In this document: one piece after another, positions 1-12,008 of the stretch
Layout of the letters: the number at the start of each line of letters is the position of its first letter
How positions within the stretch are numbered: the first letter of the stretch is position 1
Source of the DNA: Escherichia coli
Lineage (GTDB): Bacteria; Pseudomonadota; Gammaproteobacteria; Enterobacterales; Enterobacteriaceae
Strand: one strand, 5' to 3'
DNA length: 64,000 nt
Assembly (NCBI RefSeq): GCF_001677475.2
Contig: NZ_CP015229.1
Program-made: the position numbers and the translations under genes
Notes under the pieces: generated by a model
Told to the model about the DNA's origin: nothing
The model's input: only the letters and a program-made list of their open reading frames with translations
Databases searched by the model: none

Positions 1-227
1 TTACACAGTAAAATAACGGTAATACTGACGGCAGAATAATGCAGAATCGCCAACAGGTTACTGGCGAGGTTATCGAGAAACGCCAGACTGATACCCATAA
101 AAAAGAGAATAAGGTAAACCATCCAGCTTAATAGCTGATTAATAACTCTTAATGCAGCTTTTTGGCGAAGAGGAATGAGGTAACCCACAATCAGGGGAAC
201 CAGAATGATTAACAGCCCAGAAAACAT
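1..227 (-). CDS. ybjE: Lysine exporter LysO/YbjE, N-terminal part only (gene runs off the window start)
   Basis: Reverse-strand translation from the ATG whose complement is at 225..227 reads MFSGLLIILVPLIVGYLIPLRQKAALRVINQLLSWMVYLILFFMGISLAF..., which I recognise as the YbjE N-terminus. Not in the ORF track because no stop lies inside the window. Confidence 0.7.
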   Translation of the reverse strand, partial: MFSGLLIILVPLIVGYLIPLRQKAALRVINQLLSWMVYLILFFMGISLAFLDNLASNLLAILHYSAVSITVILLC

Positions 228-590
228 GAAAACCCAGTCCTTGCAAAGATGAAGTCGAAATGCGCGATGACACACTACTGAAAGCGGAAGGACGAGTAAA
301 GTTGCAATTAAAAGGAAATGTTATGCATAAGGAGCAGTAGAGTATTCGTTTTCATTTAAAGATATTCTTGCGCTTTAATTACAAACCGCACCGGTGTTGG
401 TGGCGTCAAAATCGCCGACCCGGTAGCCGTAAGGGATAAGCCGAGGGCACCGCGCAGCGGCGATTTTGTTCGCCAGAGCCCGGGGGGGCAGGGGCGGCGG
501 CGATTGGCCGCCCCCTGCGCGCTCCCTGCGCCAGTGACTATATGTGGCTTAACACATCAAGGAGCGCAACAGGAAGATGAATCAATATAT

Positions 591-624
591 TTAAAAAAGG
601 CCTGACATTGCGCCAGGCCTTCTG
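591..624 (-). terminator. Putative intrinsic terminator downstream of aqpZ
   Basis: Inverted repeat aaggcctg/caggcctt at about 597..624 directly beyond the aqpZ stop, with an A-run on the plus strand (a U-run on the minus transcript). Confidence 0.5.
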
Positions 625-630
625 CGTTAA

Positions 631-1326
631 TTAATTACGCTTTTCCAGCAGGGTCCGGTAAATCAGACCACCGATAATGCCGCCGACAATTGGCACCACC
701 CAGAAGAACCACAGTTGTTCTAATGCCCAGCCGCCCTGGAAGATAGCAACCGCGGTGCTGCGCGCTGGGTTAACAGAAGTGTTAGTCACCGGAATACTGA
801 TTAAGTGAATCAGGGTTAAGGCCAGACCAATAGCGATCGGCGCAAAACCTGCTGGAGCGAATTTGTCGGTTGCGCCGTGGATCACCAACAGGAAACCTGC
901 ACTCAATACCAGTTCAACTACCAGCGCGGAAAGCATGGAATAACCGCCTGGTGAATGCTCGCCATAACCGTTAGAAGCAAAACCGCTGGCTGCCGCGTCA
1001 AAACCCGTTTTACCACTGGCAATTAAATACAGCAGCGCCGCTGCAACAATACCGCCGACAACCTGGGCAATTACGTAGCCAACGACTTCTTTTGCCGGGA
1101 AACGTCCGCCAGCCCATAAACCAATAGTGACCGCCGGGTTAAAATGACCACCAGAAATATGACCAACAGCGAAGGCCATCGTCAGAACGGTCAAACCAAA
1201 TGCCAGCGCCACGCCGGCAAAACCAATGCCTAATTCCGGGAAGCCTGCGGCCAGTACAGCACTACCACAGCCACCAAAAACAAGCCAGAAAGTACCAAAA
1301 CATTCAGCTGCTAATTTTCTGAACAT
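631..1326 (-). CDS. aqpZ: Aquaporin Z (MIP-family water channel)
   Basis: ORF 631..1332. Product has two NPA boxes (HFNPAVT, VNPARS) and a hydrophobic six-helix pattern. Start placed at the second Met (MFRKLAAE...) to give the 231-aa protein. Confidence 0.95.
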   Translation of the reverse strand: MFRKLAAECFGTFWLVFGGCGSAVLAAGFPELGIGFAGVALAFGLTVLTMAFAVGHISGGHFNPAVTIGLWAGGRFPAKEVVGYVIAQVVGGIVAAALLYLIASGKTGFDAAASGFASNGYGEHSPGGYSMLSALVVELVLSAGFLLVIHGATDKFAPAGFAPIAIGLALTLIHLISIPVTNTSVNPARSTAVAIFQGGWALEQLWFFWVVPIVGGIIGGLIYRTLLEKRN

Positions 1327-1751
1327 ATCCACCTCAATTAAAAATTGACCCTGTGAAAAATATGGTCGTTTTATAGGGTCGTCGTAAAAAAGTGACGACG
1401 GAAATAATGCGCGGCTATTTTAAAAACGAAGGCGAGTCATTCACCAGATAAATAAATCCAGTAAATTTGATTTAGGGCAACAGCGGGTTGTCCCATATAG
1501 TCATTTGTCTGATTGACAGTGTAGTGCAAGCGAAAGATTTAATCCTTTAGGCGTAATAAAAAATAATTTATCATGCTAATTATTTGATTTTGTTGTTTTT
1601 GCAGGCTTATCAGCAAGAGGGAGTATAACGCGATTATTCGCTCATTTTTCAGACATTTGCCATGCTTAAATGTGATGTCATCACGTATTAGCAAGGCCTT
1701 TCCCGTTATACTGCCAGCGTAAAGGATAAGTCACATATTTCTGGAGGGGAT

Positions 1752-3410
1752 ATGATTCTTGAGCGCGTTGAAATTGTGGGTTTTCGCGGTATCAACCGTT
1801 TGTCGTTGATGCTCGAACAAAACAACGTCCTGATTGGGGAGAACGCGTGGGGTAAATCCAGCTTGCTGGACGCCTTAACCCTGCTGCTATCGCCAGAATC
1901 AGATCTCTACCATTTTGAGCGCGACGATTTCTGGTTCCCGCCGGGAGATATCAACGGGCGAGAACATCATCTGCATATTATTTTGACCTTCCGCGAATCG
2001 CTGCCAGGCCGACATCGGGTTCGCCGCTATCGGCCGCTGGAAGCGTGCTGGACGCCATGCACCGATGGCTATCACCGTATTTTTTATCGTCTGGAAGGGG
2101 AGAGTGCGGAAGACGGCAGCGTGATGACACTGCGCAGTTTTCTCGATAAAGACGGACATCCGATTGATGTCGAGGATATTAACGATCAGGCACGCCATCT
2201 GGTGCGTTTAATGCCGGTGCTGCGCTTGCGTGATGCCCGTTTTATGCGTCGTATTCGTAACGGCACGGTGCCAAATGTCCCCAATGTGGAAGTCACCGCG
2301 CGCCAGCTCGATTTCCTCGCTCGTGAATTATCCTCACATCCGCAAAATCTCTCTGATGGACAGATTCGTCAGGGACTTTCCGCAATGGTACAGCTGCTTG
2401 AGCATTATTTCTCTGAGCAGGGGGCCGGACAGGCGCGATATCGTTTAATGCGGCGGCGGGCCAGCAATGAGCAACGAAGCTGGCGCTATCTGGATATCAT
2501 CAACCGGATGATTGACCGACCTGGAGGGCGCTCGTATCGGGTTATTTTGCTCGGCCTGTTTGCTACTTTATTGCAGGCAAAAGGCACATTGCGACTGGAT
2601 AAAGACGCCCGTCCATTGTTGCTGATTGAAGATCCAGAAACCCGTTTACACCCCATTATGCTTTCAGTTGCCTGGCATCTGTTGAATCTTCTGCCATTGC
2701 AGCGCATTGCCACCACCAACTCGGGTGAGTTGCTTTCGTTAACGCCGGTAGAGCATGTTTGCCGACTGGTACGTGAGTCCTCGCGCGTTGCCGCCTGGCG
2801 TCTGGGGCCGAGCGGCTTGAGTACCGAAGACAGCCGACGCATCTCTTTCCACATTCGTTTTAACCGTCCGTCATCGCTGTTTGCCCGTTGTTGGCTGCTG
2901 GTGGAAGGCGAAACGGAAACCTGGGTTATCAATGAACTGGCGCGTCAGTGCGGACATCATTTTGATGCCGAAGGGATCAAGGTCATTGAGTTTGCCCAGT
3001 CCGGGCTAAAGCCACTGGTTAAATTTGCCCGGCGAATGGGGATTGAATGGCATGTACTGGTCGATGGCGATGAAGCAGGGAAGAAATATGCTGCTACGGT
3101 ACGCAGCCTGTTGAATAACGATCGGGAAGCCGAACGAGAACATTTAACGGCGTTACCGGCGCTGGATATGGAACATTTTATGTATCGCCAGGGATTTTCC
3201 GATGTGTTCCACCGCGTGGCGCAAATCCCGGAAAATGTACCGATGAATCTGCGCAAAATTATCTCGAAAGCGATCCATCGCTCTTCCAAACCCGATCTTG
3301 CCATTGAAGTGGCAATGGAGGCCGGACGTCGTGGTGTGGACTCCGTACCGACGCTGCTGAAAAAAATGTTCTCACGCGTACTGTGGTTGGCGCGCGGTCG
3401 CGCGGATTAA
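1752..3410 (+). CDS. ybjD: OLD-family ATPase/Toprim-domain protein YbjD
   Basis: 552-aa ORF. N-terminal P-loop (GENAWGKSSLLDAL) and C-terminal Toprim-like segment (WLLVEGETETWVINELA). Length and context match ybjD. Confidence 0.9.
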   Translation: MILERVEIVGFRGINRLSLMLEQNNVLIGENAWGKSSLLDALTLLLSPESDLYHFERDDFWFPPGDINGREHHLHIILTFRESLPGRHRVRRYRPLEACWTPCTDGYHRIFYRLEGESAEDGSVMTLRSFLDKDGHPIDVEDINDQARHLVRLMPVLRLRDARFMRRIRNGTVPNVPNVEVTARQLDFLARELSSHPQNLSDGQIRQGLSAMVQLLEHYFSEQGAGQARYRLMRRRASNEQRSWRYLDIINRMIDRPGGRSYRVILLGLFATLLQAKGTLRLDKDARPLLLIEDPETRLHPIMLSVAWHLLNLLPLQRIATTNSGELLSLTPVEHVCRLVRESSRVAAWRLGPSGLSTEDSRRISFHIRFNRPSSLFARCWLLVEGETETWVINELARQCGHHFDAEGIKVIEFAQSGLKPLVKFARRMGIEWHVLVDGDEAGKKYAATVRSLLNNDREAEREHLTALPALDMEHFMYRQGFSDVFHRVAQIPENVPMNLRKIISKAIHRSSKPDLAIEVAMEAGRRGVDSVPTLLKKMFSRVLWLARGRAD

Positions 3411-4399
3411 CCGCGAAACATCGTGGCCATTTGTGGCTGAATAGCGTCGAGCATCTCATAGCGCCGACGGTATTCAGCCCGTTTTTTACTGGCGATTTCG
3501 GCAATCTCTTTTCGTGCTATCTGTGCTGGAAGGCGGTAATGGCGTTCAGCATCACATACGCCGCCAACCGATTCCCAGAAAGCGTTGTAATCAGCGTGGA
3601 TCTTGCCTTCTTTATCGCGATAACGCAGGCTGCGGTAAATATGCGTTTCATTGCTGACGGCAATAATCTGCTCTACCTGCAAACGTTGGGCAAACAGACA
3701 GGCCGCTTCCATCACGAGGCGTTTGGGAAATAGCCCGTGGCAGGCTTTCGTCGCATTCTGGATTTCCTGATGTGGAATTTCCCATTTTGCGCCTTGCAGT
3801 CCGCCAATAAACATCGTTCTTTTCCCCTGATATTCACACAGGGTAAACGTGAGCTCTGCCAGAGGAATACCTTCGCTGTTGCGGAACAGGATTGTGCTGT
3901 CACCTTCTTTATCCATTGAGATCATCATGGTCAGCTCAAGCGTGAACTGCTCGCCGTTTTTGCCTTCCAGTTTAGCCAGTTGCAGCCCGGGGGTATTCAA
4001 ATATAAGCTGAATTCTTCCGCCGACATACACCCGCGGAGTAACGCATAATGGTAACGTAACGCCTCCAGCAATTGCTTACGGCTAAGATTCGCCGCAAGG
4101 TAAGGGCGATGCAGACGCACAGGCAGTCGCGGCTGGCGCGTTAACAACACATTGAGATTGGGCCAGTGGGAAAGTTCGTTCATCCACTCAACGCTTAAAC
4201 GCGGCATAATCAACGAGCGCAGCAAAAATTTCTGGCGAAAACTACGGCGATGCCAGAATTTACCCGGCCGACACTGTCCACGTGCCAGACTAAGAAAAAG
4301 TGAGAGGCTGCTGAGAGATTCAGATGACGTAAAGGTCCGTTCGGTTAGCTGCGACATATTCATGAAATCAATGGTTGTATATGACGTCGATTTCACCAT
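3407..4399 (-). CDS. ybjX: DUF535/VirK-like protein YbjX
   Basis: 330-aa ORF convergent with ybjD (4-bp overlap of 3' ends). Position and length match ybjX. Confidence 0.85.
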   Translation of the reverse strand: MVKSTSYTTIDFMNMSQLTERTFTSSESLSSLSLFLSLARGQCRPGKFWHRRSFRQKFLLRSLIMPRLSVEWMNELSHWPNLNVLLTRQPRLPVRLHRPYLAANLSRKQLLEALRYHYALLRGCMSAEEFSLYLNTPGLQLAKLEGKNGEQFTLELTMMISMDKEGDSTILFRNSEGIPLAELTFTLCEYQGKRTMFIGGLQGAKWEIPHQEIQNATKACHGLFPKRLVMEAACLFAQRLQVEQIIAVSNETHIYRSLRYRDKEGKIHADYNAFWESVGGVCDAERHYRLPAQIARKEIAEIASKKRAEYRRRYEMLDAIQPQMATMFRG

Positions 4400-4513
4400 T
4401 GCGTATCTTAACCAAACATCAATAGTGTGATTACTAACGTAAATTTTAGGGTTTTGTTGATATTTCGTTGAAGTTAATGACCCGGATTGGCATATGGAGT
4501 ATTCAGAATATTT

Positions 4514-5629
4514 ATGAAAAAGCGGAAAACCGTGAAGAAGCGTTACGTTATTGCGCTGGTGATAGTCATCGCCGGGCTGATTACGTTATGGAGAATTCTT
4601 AACGCACCCGTGCCGACTTATCAGACGCTGATTGTGCGCCCCGGTGATTTACAGCAAAGCGTGCTGGCGACCGGAAAGCTGGACGCGCTGCGTAAGGTTG
4701 ATGTGGGCGCGCAGGTCAGCGGTCAGTTGAAAACGCTGTCGGTGGCGATTGGCGATAAAGTAAAAAAAGACCAGCTTTTAGGGGTTATTGATCCTGAACA
4801 GGCTGAAAACCAGATCAAGGAGGTCGAAGCAACGCTGATGGAGCTACGCGCGCAGCGGCAGCAGGCGGAAGCGGAGCTGAAACTGGCGCGGGTGACGTAT
4901 TCCCGTCAGCAACGTCTGGCACAAACGCAGGCGGTTTCACAGCAGGATCTCGACACCGCCGCGACGGAGATGGCTGTGAAACAGGCGCAAATTGGCACCA
5001 TTGACGCGCAAATCAAGCGCAATCAGGCTTCTCTCGATACGGCTAAAACCAATCTCGATTACACTCGCATCGTTGCCCCGATGGCCGGGGAAGTCACGCA
5101 AATCACCACTCTGCAAGGCCAGACGGTGATTGCCGCACAACAAGCACCGAACATTCTGACGCTGGCAGATATGAGCACCATGCTGGTAAAAGCGCAGGTT
5201 TCTGAAGCGGATGTAATCCACCTGAAGCCGGGGCAAAAAGCCTGGTTTACGGTACTAGGCGATCCGCTGACGCGCTACGAGGGGCAAATCAAGGATGTGC
5301 TACCGACGCCGGAAAAGGTTAACGACGCTATTTTCTATTACGCCCGTTTTGAAGTACCCAACCCCAATGGTTTGCTGCGGCTGGATATGACTGCGCAAGT
5401 GCATATTCAGCTCACCGATGTGAAAAATGTGCTGACGATCCCTCTGTCGGCGTTAGGCGATCCGGTTGGCGATAATCGTTATAAAGTCAAATTGTTGCGT
5501 AATGGTGAAACACGCGAGCGTGAAGTGACGATTGGCGCACGTAACGATACCGATGTTGAGATTGTCAAAGGGCTGGAAGCGGGCGATGAAGTGGTGATTG
5601 GTGAGGCCAAACCAGGAGCTGCACAATGA
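4514..5629 (+). CDS. macA: Macrolide efflux periplasmic adaptor MacA
   Basis: ORF 4487..5629. Start taken at the internal Met ([21 protein letters not shown]...), giving 371 aa. Membrane anchor plus coiled-coil adaptor; stop overlaps the macB start (ATGA). Confidence 0.9.
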   Translation: MKKRKTVKKRYVIALVIVIAGLITLWRILNAPVPTYQTLIVRPGDLQQSVLATGKLDALRKVDVGAQVSGQLKTLSVAIGDKVKKDQLLGVIDPEQAENQIKEVEATLMELRAQRQQAEAELKLARVTYSRQQRLAQTQAVSQQDLDTAATEMAVKQAQIGTIDAQIKRNQASLDTAKTNLDYTRIVAPMAGEVTQITTLQGQTVIAAQQAPNILTLADMSTMLVKAQVSEADVIHLKPGQKAWFTVLGDPLTRYEGQIKDVLPTPEKVNDAIFYYARFEVPNPNGLLRLDMTAQVHIQLTDVKNVLTIPLSALGDPVGDNRYKVKLLRNGETREREVTIGARNDTDVEIVKGLEAGDEVVIGEAKPGAAQ

Positions 5630-7572
5630 CGCCTTTGCTCGAATTAAAGGATATTCGTCGCAGCTATCCTGCCGGTGATGAGCAGGTTGAGGTGCTGAAG
5701 GGCATCACCCTCGATATTTATGCGGGTGAGATGGTAGCGATTGTTGGCGCTTCGGGTTCCGGTAAATCGACCCTGATGAATATTCTCGGCTGTCTGGATA
5801 AGGCCACCAGCGGCACCTATCGCGTCGCCGGTCAGGATGTTGCCACGCTGGACGCCGATGCGCTGGCGCAACTGCGCCGCGAGCATTTCGGCTTTATTTT
5901 CCAGCGTTACCATTTGCTTTCGCATTTAACCGCCGAGCAGAACGTTGAAGTACCCGCCGTCTATGCCGGTCTTGAGCGGAAACAGCGGCTGCTTCGCGCC
6001 CAGGAGTTACTGCAACGACTGGGGCTGGAAGACCGTACAGAGTATTATCCGGCACAGCTTTCGGGCGGTCAGCAACAGCGCGTCAGCATCGCGCGGGCAT
6101 TGATGAACGGCGGTCAGGTAATTCTTGCCGATGAACCGACCGGCGCACTGGACAGCCATTCTGGCGAAGAGGTGATGGCGATCCTGCATCAGCTGCGCGA
6201 TCGCGGGCATACGGTGATTATCGTCACCCACGATCCGCAGGTCGCTGCTCAGGCTGAGCGGGTGATCGAAATTCGCGACGGCGAAATTGTGCGCAATCCT
6301 TCCGCCATTGAAAAAGTGAATGTTGCTGGCGGGACGGAACCTGTTGTCAACACGGCGTCTGGCTGGCGGCAGTTTGTCAGCGGTTTTAACGAGGCGCTGA
6401 CGATGGCATGGCGGGCGCTGGCAGCGAATAAAATGCGTACTTTACTGACCATGCTGGGTATTATTATCGGTATTGCGTCGGTGGTTTCCATTGTCGTGGT
6501 GGGTGACGCCGCCAAACAAATGGTGCTGGCGGATATTCGTTCTATTGGTACGAATACTATTGATGTCTATCCCGGGAAAGATTTTGGCGATGACGATCCG
6601 CAATATCAGCAGGCGCTGAAGTACGATGACTTAATCGCCATCCAAAAACAACCGTGGGTCGCCTCAGCCACACCTGCCGTCTCGCAAAACCTGCGCCTTC
6701 GTTATAACAATGTTGATGTTGCTGCCAGTGCCAATGGCGTGAGCGGCGATTATTTTAATGTCTATGGCATGACCTTCAGTGAAGGGAACACCTTTAATCA
6801 GGAGCAGCTGAACGGTCGTGCGCAGGTCATGGTTCTCGACAGTAATACTCGCCGCCAGCTTTTCCCCCATAAAGCAGATGTGGTTGGCGAGGTGATTCTG
6901 GTCGGCAATATGCCCGCCAGAGTCATTGGTGTGGCGGAAGAAAAACAGTCGATGTTTGGTAGCAGTAAAGTGCTGCGTGTCTGGCTACCTTACAGCACAA
7001 TGTCCGGGCGAGTTATGGGCCAGTCGTGGCTTAACTCCATTACTGTCAGGGTGAAAGAAGGATTTGACAGCGCCGAGGCGGAACAGCAACTCACGCGTTT
7101 ACTTTCACTGCGCCACGGAAAGAAGGATTTCTTTACCTGGAACATGGACGGCGTCTTGAAAACTGTTGAAAAGACCACACGTACTTTACAACTGTTTCTG
7201 ACGCTGGTGGCGGTGATTTCGCTGGTGGTGGGCGGTATTGGTGTAATGAATATTATGCTGGTGTCAGTGACCGAGCGGACGCGGGAAATTGGCATTCGCA
7301 TGGCTGTAGGTGCGCGAGCAAGCGATGTTTTGCAACAGTTCCTGATCGAAGCCGTACTGGTTTGCCTGGTCGGTGGCGCGTTGGGAATAACACTGTCACT
7401 GTTAATTGCTTTCACCTTGCAGCTTTTCTTACCCGGCTGGGAGATTGGTTTTTCACCGTTGGCGCTGCTGCTGGCGTTTCTCTGCTCGACGGTCACCGGG
7501 ATTTTATTTGGCTGGTTACCCGCACGAAATGCGGCACGACTGGATCCAGTAGATGCTCTGGCACGAGAGTAA
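5626..7572 (+). CDS. macB: Macrolide export ABC transporter MacB (fused ATPase/permease)
   Basis: 648-aa ORF. Walker [13 protein letters not shown] signature LSGGQQQR, Walker [12 protein letters not shown], followed by a FtsX-like permease domain. Confidence 0.95.
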   Translation: MTPLLELKDIRRSYPAGDEQVEVLKGITLDIYAGEMVAIVGASGSGKSTLMNILGCLDKATSGTYRVAGQDVATLDADALAQLRREHFGFIFQRYHLLSHLTAEQNVEVPAVYAGLERKQRLLRAQELLQRLGLEDRTEYYPAQLSGGQQQRVSIARALMNGGQVILADEPTGALDSHSGEEVMAILHQLRDRGHTVIIVTHDPQVAAQAERVIEIRDGEIVRNPSAIEKVNVAGGTEPVVNTASGWRQFVSGFNEALTMAWRALAANKMRTLLTMLGIIIGIASVVSIVVVGDAAKQMVLADIRSIGTNTIDVYPGKDFGDDDPQYQQALKYDDLIAIQKQPWVASATPAVSQNLRLRYNNVDVAASANGVSGDYFNVYGMTFSEGNTFNQEQLNGRAQVMVLDSNTRRQLFPHKADVVGEVILVGNMPARVIGVAEEKQSMFGSSKVLRVWLPYSTMSGRVMGQSWLNSITVRVKEGFDSAEAEQQLTRLLSLRHGKKDFFTWNMDGVLKTVEKTTRTLQLFLTLVAVISLVVGGIGVMNIMLVSVTERTREIGIRMAVGARASDVLQQFLIEAVLVCLVGGALGITLSLLIAFTLQLFLPGWEIGFSPLALLLAFLCSTVTGILFGWLPARNAARLDPVDALARE

Positions 7573-7584
7573 TTTTTGAGATAA

Positions 7585-7612
7585 AAATGCCAGCCGATCG
7601 GGCTGGCATTTT
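7585..7612. terminator. Bidirectional intrinsic terminator between macB (+) and cspD (-)
   Basis: Hairpin aaatgccagcc-gatc-ggctggcattt flanked by A/T runs on both sides, lying between two convergent genes. Confidence 0.6.
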
Positions 7613-7644
7613 GCCTTTAGGATGTACACAATGAGACAGAAGAG

Positions 7645-7869
7645 CTATGCGACTGCCGCTTCTACTTCGACGGGCACAATAACACTGGCGTGATTGCCTT
7701 TTGGCCCCTGGTGGACATCAAACTGAACGGATTGTCCAGCTTTTAGCGTTCTGTAACCATCCATCTGAATGGTGGAATAATGAGCGAAAATATCTTCGCC
7801 GCCGCCTTCAGGGCAGATGAAACCAAACCCTTTGGCATTGTTGAACCACTTAACAGTACCCTTTTCCAT
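7645..7869 (-). CDS. cspD: Cold-shock-domain protein CspD (stationary-phase replication inhibitor)
   Basis: ORF 7645..7899. Start taken at MEKGTVKWFNNAKGFGFI... (74 aa), containing the RNP1-like cold-shock motif KGFGFI. Confidence 0.9.
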   Translation of the reverse strand: MEKGTVKWFNNAKGFGFICPEGGGEDIFAHYSTIQMDGYRTLKAGQSVQFDVHQGPKGNHASVIVPVEVEAAVA

Positions 7870-8192
7870 GCTTCGACATCCTTCGCAAATCTTATACAAA
7901 TAAGATGGAATAAACCGGGGTCAGAGAGGGGGGCTGTTCAAAACCTCGCCAACTCTAGAAATACAATTTAGAGAATTAGGGCGAGCCGTCAAGCATTTGA
8001 CAGGGGGCAAGGGGCAGGTATGAATCAAAAATTTGAAGCAGTTAACGCTATTGACAGGAATGTGACAGATGTCGCTGATGCCAACGATAGATGATAGTTA
8101 TCTATCATGTGGAGTAGATTGGTCAGGCAAATAAGCTCTTGTCAGCGGCAGGGCGTTCTGCCGATAACCGTAACCGAAGATGATAACTGACA

Positions 8193-8513
8193 ATGGGTAA
8201 AACGAACGACTGGCTGGACTTTGATCAACTGGCGGAAGAAAAAGTTCGCGACGCGCTAAAACCGCCATCTATGTATAAAGTGATATTAGTCAATGATGAT
8301 TACACTCCGATGGAGTTTGTTATTGACGTGTTACAAAAATTCTTTTCTTATGATGTAGAACGTGCAACGCAATTGATGCTCGCTGTTCACTACCAGGGGA
8401 AGGCCATTTGCGGAGTCTTTACCGCCGAGGTTGCAGAAACCAAAGTGGCGATGGTGAACAAGTACGCGAGGGAGAATGAGCATCCATTGCTGTGTACGCT
8501 AGAAAAAGCCTGA
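8193..8513 (+). CDS. clpS: ClpS adaptor of the ClpAP protease (N-degron recognition)
   Basis: 106-aa [50 protein letters not shown]..., immediately upstream of clpA. Confidence 0.95.
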
Positions 8514-8543
8514 ATGCAGGCATAAAAATTGGGGGAGGTGCCT

Positions 8544-10820
8544 ATGCTCAATCAAGAACTGGAACTCAGTTTAAATATGGCTTTCGCCAGAGCGCGCGAG
8601 CACCGTCATGAGTTTATGACCGTCGAGCACTTGTTACTGGCGCTGCTCAGTAACCCATCTGCCCGGGAGGCGCTGGAAGCGTGTTCTGTGGATTTGGTTG
8701 CGCTCCGTCAGGAACTGGAAGCCTTTATTGAACAAACCACACCCGTTCTGCCTGCCAGTGAAGAGGAGCGCGACACACAGCCGACGCTGAGTTTTCAGCG
8801 TGTACTGCAACGTGCGGTCTTCCATGTCCAGTCCTCCGGTCGCAATGAAGTTACCGGTGCAAACGTTCTGGTCGCTATCTTTAGCGAACAGGAGTCGCAG
8901 GCGGCGTATCTGTTGCGCAAACATGAAGTCAGCCGTCTCGATGTGGTGAACTTTATTTCTCATGGCACGCGTAAAGACGAGCCATCTCAGTCTTCTGAAC
9001 CAGGAAACCAGCCGAGCAGTGAAGAACAAGCTGGTGGGGAGGACCGTATGGAGAATTTCACGACTAACCTGAACCAGCTTGCACGCGTGGGAGGAATCGA
9101 CCCGCTGATTGGTCGTGAGAAGGAACTGGAGCGCGCCATTCAGGTTCTCTGTCGCCGCCGTAAAAACAACCCGCTGCTGGTCGGGGAGTCTGGCGTCGGT
9201 AAAACCGCCATTGCGGAAGGTCTTGCCTGGCGTATTGTTCAGGGCGATGTGCCGGAAGTGATGGCTGACTGTACGATTTATTCTCTCGATATCGGTTCTC
9301 TGTTAGCGGGCACAAAATATCGCGGCGACTTTGAAAAACGTTTTAAAGCGTTGCTCAAGCAGCTGGAGCAGGACACTAACAGCATCCTGTTTATTGATGA
9401 GATCCACACCATTATCGGTGCGGGTGCAGCGTCTGGTGGTCAGGTCGATGCGGCTAACTTAATCAAACCGTTGCTCTCCAGCGGTAAAATTCGCGTAATT
9501 GGTTCGACAACCTATCAGGAGTTCAGCAACATTTTCGAGAAAGACCGTGCTCTGGCGCGTCGCTTCCAGAAAATTGATATTACTGAACCGTCAATCGAAG
9601 AAACTGTTCAAATCATCAATGGCCTGAAACCGAAGTATGAAGCGCACCACGACGTGCGTTATACCGCAAAAGCGGTGCGTGCGGCGGTAGAGCTGGCGGT
9701 GAAATACATCAATGATCGTCATCTGCCGGATAAAGCGATTGATGTTATCGACGAAGCGGGCGCTCGCGCACGCCTGATGCCGGTAAGCAAACGCAAGAAA
9801 ACCGTTAATGTGGCGGATATTGAGTCCGTGGTGGCCCGTATTGCACGCATTCCAGAGAAGAGTGTTTCTCAGAGTGACCGCGATACTCTGAAAAACCTCG
9901 GCGATCGCCTGAAAATGCTGGTCTTCGGTCAGGATAAAGCCATTGAGGCGCTGACTGAAGCCATTAAGATGGCGCGTGCAGGTTTAGGTCACGAACATAA
10001 ACCGGTCGGTTCGTTCCTGTTTGCCGGCCCTACCGGGGTCGGGAAAACAGAGGTGACAGTACAGCTTTCCAAAGCCCTGGGCATTGAGCTTTTACGCTTT
10101 GATATGTCCGAGTATATGGAGCGTCATACCGTCAGCCGCCTGATTGGTGCACCTCCGGGATACGTTGGTTTTGATCAGGGTGGTCTGCTGACCGATGCGG
10201 TGATCAAACATCCGCACGCGGTGCTGCTGCTGGACGAAATCGAGAAAGCGCATCCGGACGTATTCAACATTCTGTTGCAGGTGATGGACAACGGCACGCT
10301 GACCGATAACAACGGACGCAAGGCAGATTTCCGTAACGTGGTGCTGGTGATGACCACCAACGCCGGGGTACGTGAAACCGAGCGCAAATCTATTGGCCTT
10401 ATCCACCAGGATAACAGCACCGATGCGATGGAAGAGATCAAGAAGATCTTTACGCCAGAGTTCCGTAACCGTCTCGACAACATTATCTGGTTCGATCATT
10501 TGTCAACCGACGTAATCCATCAGGTGGTGGATAAATTCATCGTCGAGTTGCAGGTTCAGTTGGATCAAAAAGGCGTTTCTCTGGAAGTGAGTCAGGAAGC
10601 ACGTAACTGGCTGGCCGAGAAAGGTTACGACCGGGCAATGGGTGCACGTCCGATGGCTCGCGTCATTCAGGACAACCTGAAAAAACCGCTCGCTAACGAA
10701 CTGCTGTTTGGCTCGCTGGTGGACGGCGGCCAGGTCACCGTTGCACTGGATAAAGAGAAAAATGAGCTGACCTACGGGTTCCAGAGTGCGCAAAAGCACA
10801 AGGCGGAAGCAGCGCATTAA
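8544..10820 (+). CDS. clpA: ATP-dependent Clp protease ATP-binding subunit ClpA
   Basis: ORF 8529..10820. Start taken at [19 protein letters not shown] (758 aa). Two AAA+ modules with Walker A motifs GESGVGKT and GPTGVGKT. Confidence 0.95.
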   Translation: MLNQELELSLNMAFARAREHRHEFMTVEHLLLALLSNPSAREALEACSVDLVALRQELEAFIEQTTPVLPASEEERDTQPTLSFQRVLQRAVFHVQSSGRNEVTGANVLVAIFSEQESQAAYLLRKHEVSRLDVVNFISHGTRKDEPSQSSEPGNQPSSEEQAGGEDRMENFTTNLNQLARVGGIDPLIGREKELERAIQVLCRRRKNNPLLVGESGVGKTAIAEGLAWRIVQGDVPEVMADCTIYSLDIGSLLAGTKYRGDFEKRFKALLKQLEQDTNSILFIDEIHTIIGAGAASGGQVDAANLIKPLLSSGKIRVIGSTTYQEFSNIFEKDRALARRFQKIDITEPSIEETVQIINGLKPKYEAHHDVRYTAKAVRAAVELAVKYINDRHLPDKAIDVIDEAGARARLMPVSKRKKTVNVADIESVVARIARIPEKSVSQSDRDTLKNLGDRLKMLVFGQDKAIEALTEAIKMARAGLGHEHKPVGSFLFAGPTGVGKTEVTVQLSKALGIELLRFDMSEYMERHTVSRLIGAPPGYVGFDQGGLLTDAVIKHPHAVLLLDEIEKAHPDVFNILLQVMDNGTLTDNNGRKADFRNVVLVMTTNAGVRETERKSIGLIHQDNSTDAMEEIKKIFTPEFRNRLDNIIWFDHLSTDVIHQVVDKFIVELQVQLDQKGVSLEVSQEARNWLAEKGYDRAMGARPMARVIQDNLKKPLANELLFGSLVDGGQVTVALDKEKNELTYGFQSAQKHKAEAAH

Positions 10821-10844
10821 TCTGATTGTCAGGTAGGTTGGTCA

Positions 10845-10878
10845 AGTCCGTAATCTCGAAAGAGGTTGCGGACTTTTT
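10845..10878 (+). terminator. Putative intrinsic terminator downstream of clpA
   Basis: Inverted repeat agtccg...cggact followed by a T-run (ttttt) about 25 bp after the clpA stop. Confidence 0.5.
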
Positions 10879-11034
10879 ATTTATGGGGTGGAACGGTGAA
10901 AACCCTATTTTTGGAGGTGAAGGTAAGTTGTTGATAATTAGTGCTGCTGGAAAAGGTAAGGATAAAAAAGGGTGACAGCAGGAAAATGAGATGGTTTTGC
11001 TTTATTAACAACGGGCTAAACGTGTAGTATTTGA

Positions 11035-11122
11035 GTTCACTGCCGTACAGGCAGCTTAGAAATTCACAGGTAACATACTCCACCCGCCCACCATGTTCAC
11101 TGCCGTACAGACAGATAAAATG
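11035..11122 (+). CRISPR. Orphan type I-F CRISPR remnant: two 28-bp repeats and one 32-bp spacer, no cas genes in the window
   Basis: Repeat 1 gttcactgccgtacaggcagcttagaaa (11035..11062); spacer ttcacaggtaacatactccacccgcccaccat (11063..11094); repeat 2 gttcactgccgtacagacagataaaatg (11095..11122), degenerate at its 3' end. The repeat matches the I-F (Ypest-type) consensus I recall. The clpA-infA interval is a known site of such arrays in E. coli. Confidence 0.8.
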
Positions 11123-11165
11123 CGAAAAAAAAGCTCGCACTTTCGTACGAGCTCTTCTTTAAATA

Positions 11166-11253
11166 TGGCGGTGAGGGGGGGATTCGAACCCCCGATACGT
11201 TGCCGTATACACACTTTCCAGGCGTGCTCCTTCAGCCACTCGGACACCTCACC
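11166..11253 (-). tRNA. serW: tRNA-Ser (anticodon GGA)
   Basis: Reverse complement reads GGTGAGGTGTCCGAGTGGCTGAAGGAGCACGCCTGGAAAGTGTGTATACGGCAACGTATCGGGGGTTCGAATCCCCCCCTCACCGCCA: acceptor stem, long variable arm typical of tRNA-Ser, T-arm GGTTCGAATCC, encoded CCA end. Confidence 0.9.
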
Positions 11254-11505
11254 AAATTGTTTTGTCGCCTGACCTCATGGGGGCAACGGGGCGCTACTAT
11301 AGGGAGTTGGAGTAAAACGGTCAAGAAGAATTTTAATGATAATTATTGTTTGCTCATACTGTAAACAAGTTGTGCAGTATATCTACATCGAGACAAGTTA
11401 TGGATTTATACTTCCAAAGTACTTCATACATATCACAAAATAAAAAGGTCGGCTAAACCGACCTTTTACTCGTTCTTTCTCTTCGCCCATCAGGCGGTAA
11501 AACAA

Positions 11506-11727
<222 letters not shown>

Positions 11728-12008
11728 ATCCTCTGGGGTATCACTACCGTAATTTGAACCGGCAAGATAATGCCGAAGTTCTGTAAATAAGTAAAGATTT
11801 GCGCGCTAAATCGCAACAAACAGGTTCGGCACATTACTCCGAAAACACACGGCTAAGCCGCACCAAAAGCGCAACGTATAAGGGAGCGGTGAGATAAACG
11901 ATGGGCGTTACCTGACGCGAAAAATTCCTTATCGGCAGCGGGGTAATGAGCGTAACCAACTCTGCGACCGCAATTATAACACTCTGGGGAGAAATGTGCC
12001 GAAAACAT

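Noticed and set aside
400-530. GC-rich palindromic stretch (gcaggggcggc...gccgcccctgc) between ybjE and aqpZ
   Set aside because: It looks like a REP/BIME-type extragenic palindrome or a structured spacer typical of E. coli intergenic regions; no ORF or other signal gives it a more specific role.
1752-3410. ybjD as a possible novel anti-phage defence gene (OLD-family ATPase plus Toprim)
   Set aside because: It has the domain make-up of OLD-type nucleases, but it sits in its usual conserved position between aqpZ and ybjX with a host-like composition and no partner genes, so it is a known core gene of unknown function and not a new island.
11056-11247. 63-aa minus-strand ORF between clpA and infA
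   Set aside because: It overlaps the tRNA-Ser gene and the CRISPR repeat; those two RNA features fully account for the interval.
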